Shown: positions 57,701 through 64,000 of the stretch, piece by piece
Position numbering within the stretch: the stretch's first letter is position 1
How the letters are laid out: each line of letters starts with the position of its first letter
Source of the DNA: Rebecca billardiae RCC1528
Taxonomy: Eukaryota; Protista; Haptophyta
Reading direction: 5' to 3'
Assembly (NCBI GenBank): GCA_965240325.2
Contig: OZ251227.1
Span: 2,790,001 to 2,854,000, forward strand
Length of the DNA: 64,000 nucleotides
Notes under the pieces: generated by a model
Told to the model about the DNA's origin: nothing
The model's database searches: none
Seen by the model: the letters and a program-made list of their open reading frames with translations, nothing else
Made by a program: the position numbers and the translations under genes

Positions 57701-60700
57701 ACACCGCCCATGCCGCCGCCTGTGCCGCCGCCGCGCGAGCCTCCCGGTCTGCCGCCGCCGCCGCCGAGCCAGCCACCGCCGCCATCGCCATCGCCACCGC
57801 CGCCATCGCTGCCGCCGAGCCCCCCGCCGACCCCGCCCTCGCCGCCACCGACAGCTCCACCGCCGCCGCGCGCCGAGCCATTCCCGCCGCCATCGCCGCC
57901 CGCGCGGCCGCCACCGCCGCTGCCCGGGTTGCCGCCGCCCCCGCCGCCGCCGCCGCCCGGCACGACAGACTACGTCTCGCTCACGCTGAGCATGGACGCG
58001 TCCGATTTCGGCACGACCGCCACGGCGGAGGTGCTCGCCGGGCTCGAGGCGGTGACGGGGGTGCCCTCGGCGAACATGCAGGTCGTCGACTTTGCGCCCG
58101 CGTCTGTGTCGGTCGTCGTGAGCGTCTTCCAGGCCGCGGCGGGCGGGACGGCGGTCGACCTCGAGGCCGCGTTCGCCAACCAGACGCTCGCGAGCCTGAG
58201 CGCCGCGAGCGGGCTCGACCTCGCCACGCTGCCCCTCGTGCTGCTCGCCGGGTGCCGCGACACGGCCGCGTCGAACTATGACGAGCTCGCGACATATGAG
58301 CCTGCGGGCGTGTGCGCTTACGAGTCGCCGCCGCCGCCGCCCTCGCCGTCGCCGCCGCGCTCGCCGCCGCCGCCGAGCCCGCTGCCGCCGAGCCCGCCGC
58401 CGCCGCCGTCGCCACCGCCGCCCCTCCCGCCGCCGCCACCGTTGCCGCCGCCGCCCAGCCCGCCGCCGCCGCCCAGCCCGCCGCCGCCCAACCCGCCGCC
58501 GCCGCCCAGCCCGCCGCCGCCGAGCCCTCTGCCGCCCAGCCCGCCGCCGCCCAGCCCGCTGCCGCCCAGCCCGCCGCCGCCCAGCCCGCCGCCGCCCAAG
58601 CGCTCGGAGAACGTGACCTCGTTCATCGCCGTGCGCGCCGTGCCCACCAGCCTCGACTTCTCCGACGTGCCGTGGCTGGGCGAGGGCAGCGTGCTCAAGT
58701 GGGTGCCCAACGGCGGCAGCGCGGGCACCGACTGCGCGGCCGACGCGCTGCCCGAGCTGGGCGGCGAGGCCACGCTCGGCGCGGAGCTGCGCGCCAGCCT
58801 CACCTTCGACGTGTCCGGGTACGGCTACCGCTTCTGCTACTTCAACCCGGGCGGCGCGGCCGAGTGGCGCCTCGAGCCGCTCTTCCTGCTCGACGTGTTC
58901 GAGCTGAGCTCGGCGAGCCGCGCCGTGGCGGTGGCGGGCGTCGAGGCGCGCGTGGGCTTCGGCGGCGTCGGCGTGGCCTCGGGCGACGGCGCGTACTGGG
59001 TCGACGCCTCCGCGCCCGACTGCGACGCCGCCGCGCCGTCGGCCGCGCTCGGCGGCGAGCAGACCCTCGTCGGCTCGCGCGCGCTCTTCACGTTTGCGCA
59101 GACCGCGTCCGCGCTGCGGCCGTGCTTCCGCTTCCGCGACCAGCCGTTCGCGCTGTACGCGGGGATCACGCTGAGCGTGTACGGCCTGGACTCTGGACCG
59201 CTCGCGCTCGACACGGTCGTCGGCGCGAGCGTCGCGCTCAACGTGAGCGGCCCGGGCGTGAGCGGCGCTGACCGCGCGTACTGGGTGCCCGCTTCGGACA
59301 GCAGCTGCGCGCGCGCGCCGCTCGCGGCGTACGGCGGCGTGCAGCCGGTGGGCGCGTCGGGCGTGGCGTCGTTCGTGCCCACCGCGGGCGCGGCGGCGCT
59401 CGCGCTGTGCTACGCCTTCGGCGCGCAGCCGTTCGCGCGGTACGCTGACCACACGCTCATCGTGCGCGCGGTCACCGGCCCCGCGGCCACGGTCGCCGTC
59501 GTCGGCGCGTCCGAGCTGGTCGCGTTTGCAGGCGTCGGCCTGCGGGCGGGCGACCGCGCCAAGTGGGTGGCGCCGGGCGCGGCGGGGTGCGCCGACGCGG
59601 CGGACGACGCGAGCGCCGAGGCGGTGCTCGGCGCGGACGCCACCGCCGCCTTCACGCTCGGCGCGGCCGCGATCGGCCTGCAGCTCTGCTTTGCGCACGG
59701 CGGGGCCGCCTTCAAGCTGTACCCCGCGGTGCGCCTGTCCGCGTACGCGCTGGACGGCCCCGCGGAGTCGCGCGCGGTGGTGGGCGCGGAGGAGAGCGTG
59801 GGCTTCACCGGCGTCGGAGTGGGCGCCGGCGAGCAGCCCGACGGCGCGTTCTGGGTCGAGGCGGGCTCGGGCTGCGCCGAGGGCGGCGCGCGCGCCGAGT
59901 ACGGCGGCGCGCTCAACGTGACGGCGGGCGGCGGCGTCACGTTCACGCTGCTCGCGCCCGCGCCCTCGGGCGCGCTCTCGGCGTGCTACCGGTTCGGGGC
60001 GGAGCCGTGGGCGCACTACGCCTCGATCGCGCTGCGCACGCTGCACGTGCTCGGCCCGGCGAGCACCGTCGCCGCCGTGGGCGCGCTCGAGCCGATCTCG
60101 TTCGACGCGGTCGGCGCGTCCGACTCGGACCGAGCCTTCTGGGCGGACGCGGCCGCGACGGCGTGCGACGCGGCCGCGGCCGCGGCGGGCGGCGGCGTGC
60201 AGGCGGTGCTGCGCGGCGGCGCCAACTTCACCTTCGGCGCGCCCGCGCTCGGGCTGCGGTTGTGCTACCAGTTCGCCTCCAAGCCGTTCCGGCTGTACGG
60301 CGCGCTCGGTCTGGACGTGCTGCAGGTGAGCGCGCCCGCGCTCAGCGTCGCCGTGGCGGGCGTGGCGGAGCGCGTGGCGTTCGGGGGCGTCGGGCTGGCC
60401 GACGGCGACCGCGCGTACTGGGCGCCGGCGGGCACGCCCTCGTGCGCCGCCGCGCCGCCGTCCGCCGCGCGCGGCGGCGTGCAGCCCGTGCTCGGCGCCA
60501 ACGCCACGTTCAGCCTCGACGCGCCGACGCCGCTCGGGCGGCACGTGTTGTGTTACGCGTTTGGCGACGAGCCGTTTGCGCTGTTTGGCGGCGTGCAGCT
60601 CGACGTGTACGCGGTGCGCGCGCCCGCGTTCACGCAGGTGGTCGTGGGCGTCGCCGAGACGATCGTCTTTGCGGGCCACGGCCTCGCCGACGGCGACCGC

Positions 60701-63700
60701 GCCAAGTGGGTCGCGCCCGACGCGGCCGACTGCGACGCGCCGCCGTACGCGCACGGCGGCGCGCTGCCGCTTGCCGCGTCGCGCGCCGAGTTCACGCTCG
60801 AGGCGGCCGCGCTCGGCTTGCAGCTGTGCTTTGCCTTCGGCAGCCGGCCGTTCCGGCTCTACGCCGCGGGCACCGCCGACGCGATCACGCTCGACGCGCT
60901 GCAGGTGACCGAGCCGTCGTACACGCTCGCGGTCGTGGGCGTGCCCGAGGCCGTCGCGTTTGGCGTCGTCGGGCTGGAGGACGGCGACCTCGCCAAGTGG
61001 GTGCCGCTGGTGGAGGGCGCGAGCCTCGCGTGCGAGGCCGAGCCGCTCGACGCGTACGGCGGCGCGCAGCCCGTCACCAACGGCTCGGCCACCTTCCTCT
61101 TCAGCCAGCCGCACGCGGAGCTGCGTTTGTGCTATGAGCACGCGCAGGAGCCGTGGGCGCCGTACGAGGCGATCAGACTGCGCGCCGCGCAGGTGCAGGC
61201 GCCCGCGGAGAGCGTGGCGGTGGTGAACGTGAGCGAGACCGTCGTCTTCGCCGGCGTCGGCGTCCGGGCCGGTGACGGCGCCTTCTGGGTCGAGGCCGCC
61301 GCTGAGTGCGCCGCGGGCGGCGCGCGCGCCGCGTACGGCGGCGAGCTCAACGTGACGGCGGGCGGCGTCGTCACGTTCACGCTGCTCGCGCCCGCGCCCT
61401 CGGGCGCGCTCGCGCTGTGCTTCCGGCACGCGGCCGAGGCGTGGGCGCACTACCCGGCCATCGTGCTGCGCACGCGCCAGATCCTCGGCCCGGCGCTCTC
61501 GACCGTCGTCGTGGACGTGCCCGAGCAGCTCGCCTTCTCCGGCGTGGGCGTCGGCGCGGGCGACGTCGCGTGGTGGGTGCGTGCGGACGCGACGGACTGC
61601 GCGCTCGGCTCGGAGACGGGGTACGCCGTCTCGAGCGACGGCGCGGTCGTCGTCACGTTCACCACGGCCGGGCTGCAGTGGCAGCTCTGCTACGCCTTCG
61701 CCACCAAGCCCGCCAAGCTGTACGGCCCGTCGACCGCCGAGCCGATGCTGCTGGACGCACTCGGGCTGAGCGCGCCTCTCTCGACGGTCGCGGTGCTCGG
61801 CGTCGCGGAGACGTTCTCGTTCGCGGGGGTGGGCGTGGGCGCGGGCGACCGCGCGTACTGGGCGCCGGCGAGCGCGGACGCGTGCCCCACCGCCGCTCCA
61901 GCCGACGAGCGCGGCGGCTTGCGCAACGTCTCCGCCGTCGGCACGGCCGCATTCACCTTTGGCGCGACGACCGAGCTCGAGCTCGGCGGGCTGCGCCTGT
62001 GTTACGCCTTCGAGGGCGAGCCGTACAAGCTGTACGCCGCGATGCGCGTCGAGGTGTACGATGTGGCCGGCCCCGCGTTCTCGCGCGTCGTCGTCGGCGT
62101 GCCCGAGACCGTGGCCTTCAGCGGCTACGGCGTGCGCGCGGGCGACCGCGCCAAGTGGGTGGGCGTGGCCGCGGCCGACTGCTCGAGCGTCGCGTTCGGT
62201 GCGGCGCGCACGCTCGGCGCCGGCCTGAGCGCGAGCTTCACGCTGCCCGCGGGCGGGCTGGGCCTGGCGCTGTGCTTTGCGTTCGCGGGCGAGCCGTTCA
62301 AGCGGTACCCGTCGCTCACGCTCGACGCGCTCGTCGTCAGCGCGCCTGTCTCGAGCCTGGCGGTGGTGGGCGTGCAGGAGTCGCTCGCCTTCTCAGGAGT
62401 GGGCCTCGTGCCGGGCGACGGCGCGTACTGGCTGCCGTACAACGGCACGGCCGTCGACTGCGCCGACCCGGTGGACGGCGCGCCGCGCGCCGCGTACGGC
62501 GGCGCGCAGACCCTCGACGCCGCCCTCGCCGCTTCCTTCACCTTCGACGTCGCCCACCCGGACCTGCGCCTGTGTTACACGCACGCGGACGAGCCCGTGC
62601 GCTCGTACGGCGCGGCGATCACGCTGGTCGTGGCCGAGGTGCAGGGCCCGGCGTTCACCGTCGCGGTGGCGGGCGTGGAGGAGGCGCTGCCGTTCGAGGG
62701 CGTCGGCCTCGCGGCGGGCGACCAGGCGTACTGGGTCGAGGACGCGTCCGCGTGCCCGCCGGCGGGCGGCGGCGCGCTCGACGAGTACGGCGGCGTGTTC
62801 AACACGACCGGCCTCGGCGTGGGCGCCTTCACGCCGCTCGCGCCCAAGGCCGGCCTCTCGCTGTGCTACCGCTTCGCGGCCGAGCCGTGGGCGCACTACG
62901 CGGGCGTGAGTCTCGACGTGTACCAGCTCGACGCGCTCGGCGGCGGCAGCCGCGCCGTCGTCGGCGAGGCGCACGCCGTCACCTTCTCGGGCTTCGGCGT
63001 GGCGGACGGCGACGCCGCGTACTGGGTGCCCGCGGGCACGGCCTCGTGCGCGGACGAGCCGCCGCTCGTGCAGTGGGGCGGGCAGAAGACGCTGGGCGCG
63101 GGCCTCGGCGCGAGCTTCACCTTCCTGCGCAAGTTTGGCGGCCTCGGGTACATGCTCTGCTACCGCTTCCGCGCCGAGCCGTTCGCGCTGTACGCCAGCC
63201 TGCAGCTGGACGTGCTCGAGGTGAGCGGGCCGTTCGTCGTGCTCGCGGTCGTCACGCTCGAGCGCACCTTCGCCTTCCAGGGCGTGGGCGTCGGCGCGGG
63301 CGACGAGGCGTACTTCGTGCCCGCGGCCGCGACGGCGTGCGACGAGGCGGCGAGCGTGAGCGGCGCCGCGGCCGTCGTCGCCGCCGACCGCACCGCCTCG
63401 TTCACGTTTGGCGCGGTCGCGACGGGCCACCGATTGTGTTACCGCTTTGGCGGCGCGTCCGGCGGCCTGCCGTGGCGCCGCTTCGCCGGCGTCACGCTCT
63501 CGGTCACCGTGCCCGGCGACCCGTTCGCGCTCGCCAACTTCGAGTCGCTCTCGCCGACGGGCGCGACGCTCGCCAACAGCGGCATCGCGACCAACGTGAC
63601 CATCGTCGGCACGCAGTTCGACCTGGGCGCGCAGAGCAAGGCGGACATCATCTACTGCGTGTTTGACGGCACGCGCGTGCGCGTCAGCTCGATCACGCCC

Positions 63701-64000
63701 ACCGAGATCTCGTGCACCGCGCCCGCCGCGAGCGCCGCGGGCGAGGTGACGCTCTCGCTCGTCGCGGACGAGGACGACGAGGACGGCGAGCCGCGCGAGC
63801 CCATCGCCATCACCAACGAGTTCGCCTACTTCGACATGGCGGGCGTGACGGTGGGCGCGCTCGCGCCGCCGGGCGCGCCGCAGGGCACGGCCAACGTGGA
63901 GGTCGCGGTCTCCGGCGCCAACTACGCCGACTACGGCGGCCTGCGCTGCGCGTTCATCGGGCCCAACTTCGCCGGCGGCCGCGTCGAGGTTGCGGCGACG
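27732..64000 (+). CDS. Giant secreted or cell-surface multidomain protein (FG-GAP propellers, LRR solenoids, SPPP stalk, novel repeats, IPT/TIG); at least ~11,990 aa and continuing past the window end; exons 27732-33604, 33776-33919 and 34036 to beyond 64000
   Basis: Signal peptide (RSLLLLLALLTALGSAAA) and two GT-AG introns that restore the LRR frame. The same reading frame was checked at 34037, 39962, 50582, 57962 and 63962. The ORF track has no stop-terminated ORF in that frame after 34037. Confidence 0.9.
27870..28980 (+). other. FG-GAP (integrin-alpha-type) beta-propeller 1; further propellers at ~32253-33465, ~34972-36178, and three at 39956-43733
   Basis: Repeated FG...GD(L/V)DGDG.PD..VGA...GA.Y(V/I)L motifs. 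Confidence 0.92.
29421..50581 (+). other. Ten capped 24-aa plant-type LRR solenoids (starts ~29421, ~33520, 36224, 37472, 38768, 43796, 45308, 46820, 48266, 49475), interspersed with FG-GAP propellers
   Basis: LxxLxLxxNxLxGxLPxxxG repeats. Nine of the ten have the N-cap APTVRAQPEFQACEADPSTC, and the C-cap is GVCG...G...PDPL..C. Confidence 0.93.
39890..43770 (+). repeat. Three apparently identical 1287-bp coding tandem repeats (FG-GAP propeller plus SPPP linker)
   Basis: Units start AGCGTGGTCCTGTCC at 39956, 41243 and 42530. Identical shadow ORFs recur every 1287 bp. Confidence 0.97.
50582..57960 (+). repeat. ~7.4-kb coding Ser-Pro3/4 (extensin/HRGP-like) tract, ~2,460 aa
   Basis: Continuous (AGC/TCG)(CCG)3-4 repeats in the frame of the giant gene. 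Confidence 0.95.
58610..63510 (+). other. 17 tandem ~96-aa beta-rich repeats with conserved GD.A.W...C...LCY.F...P(F/W)..Y
   Basis: GDxA(Y/K/F)W-like motifs occur about every 290 nt from ~58680 to ~63299, with two conserved Cys per unit. Confidence 0.88.
63535..64000 (+). other. IPT/TIG-like immunoglobulin-fold domains (one complete, one partial)
   Basis: SLSPTG...VTIVGTQF...YCVF...ISCTAP...GEVTLSL...FAYF, followed by LAPPG...VAVSGANY...LRCAF. Confidence 0.8.

Noticed and set aside
48913-58281. Very long ORFs 48913-54579 (-, Gly-rich), 49816-58281 (+, AAEP repeats), 50556-55265, 55317-57914 and 56020-57963
   Set aside because: These are shadow frames of the CCG-rich SPPP tract, which rarely generates stops. 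The true frame is the one continuous with the flanking LRR and downstream domains.

Overview
This is very GC-rich eukaryotic DNA with short GC-rich GT-AG introns. The (CG)n-rich introns and SPPP-rich proteins suggest an alga, probably a haptophyte such as a Pavlovales species, but that is inference only. From left to right the window holds five things. (1) A head-to-head pair: a hypothetical gene (-) and an HscB/Jac1 co-chaperone (+). (2) A very young, oversized 16.56-kb Ty1/copia LTR retrotransposon (2115-18677; 505-bp LTRs with one visible mismatch; TATAT target duplication). Its 5' leader is a ~8.9-kb imperfect palindrome built from two nested tandem-repeat families. Its intact polyprotein has an N-terminal MYND-type zinc finger but lacks the integrase HHCC motif. 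(3) An intron-containing anoctamin/TMEM16 gene (-). (4) A 5'-truncated RNase H-containing LINE (-) whose RT frame is broken by a 63-bp copy of its own 3' terminus. (5) From 27732 to beyond the window end, one giant secreted-protein gene of at least ~12,000 aa. The ORF track misses it because its ~30-kb third exon has no stop in the window. It encodes 6 FG-GAP propellers and 10 capped LRR solenoids (~170 LRRs) joined by SPPP linkers, a ~2,460-aa SPPP stalk, 17 copies of an unrecognised ~96-aa Cys/Trp beta-repeat, and IPT/TIG domains. The duplicated LRR cassettes are mosaic and differ almost only on the ligand-binding face. The best candidates for undescribed systems are this giant diversifying LRR/FG-GAP surface protein and the palindrome- and MYND-carrying giant copia.
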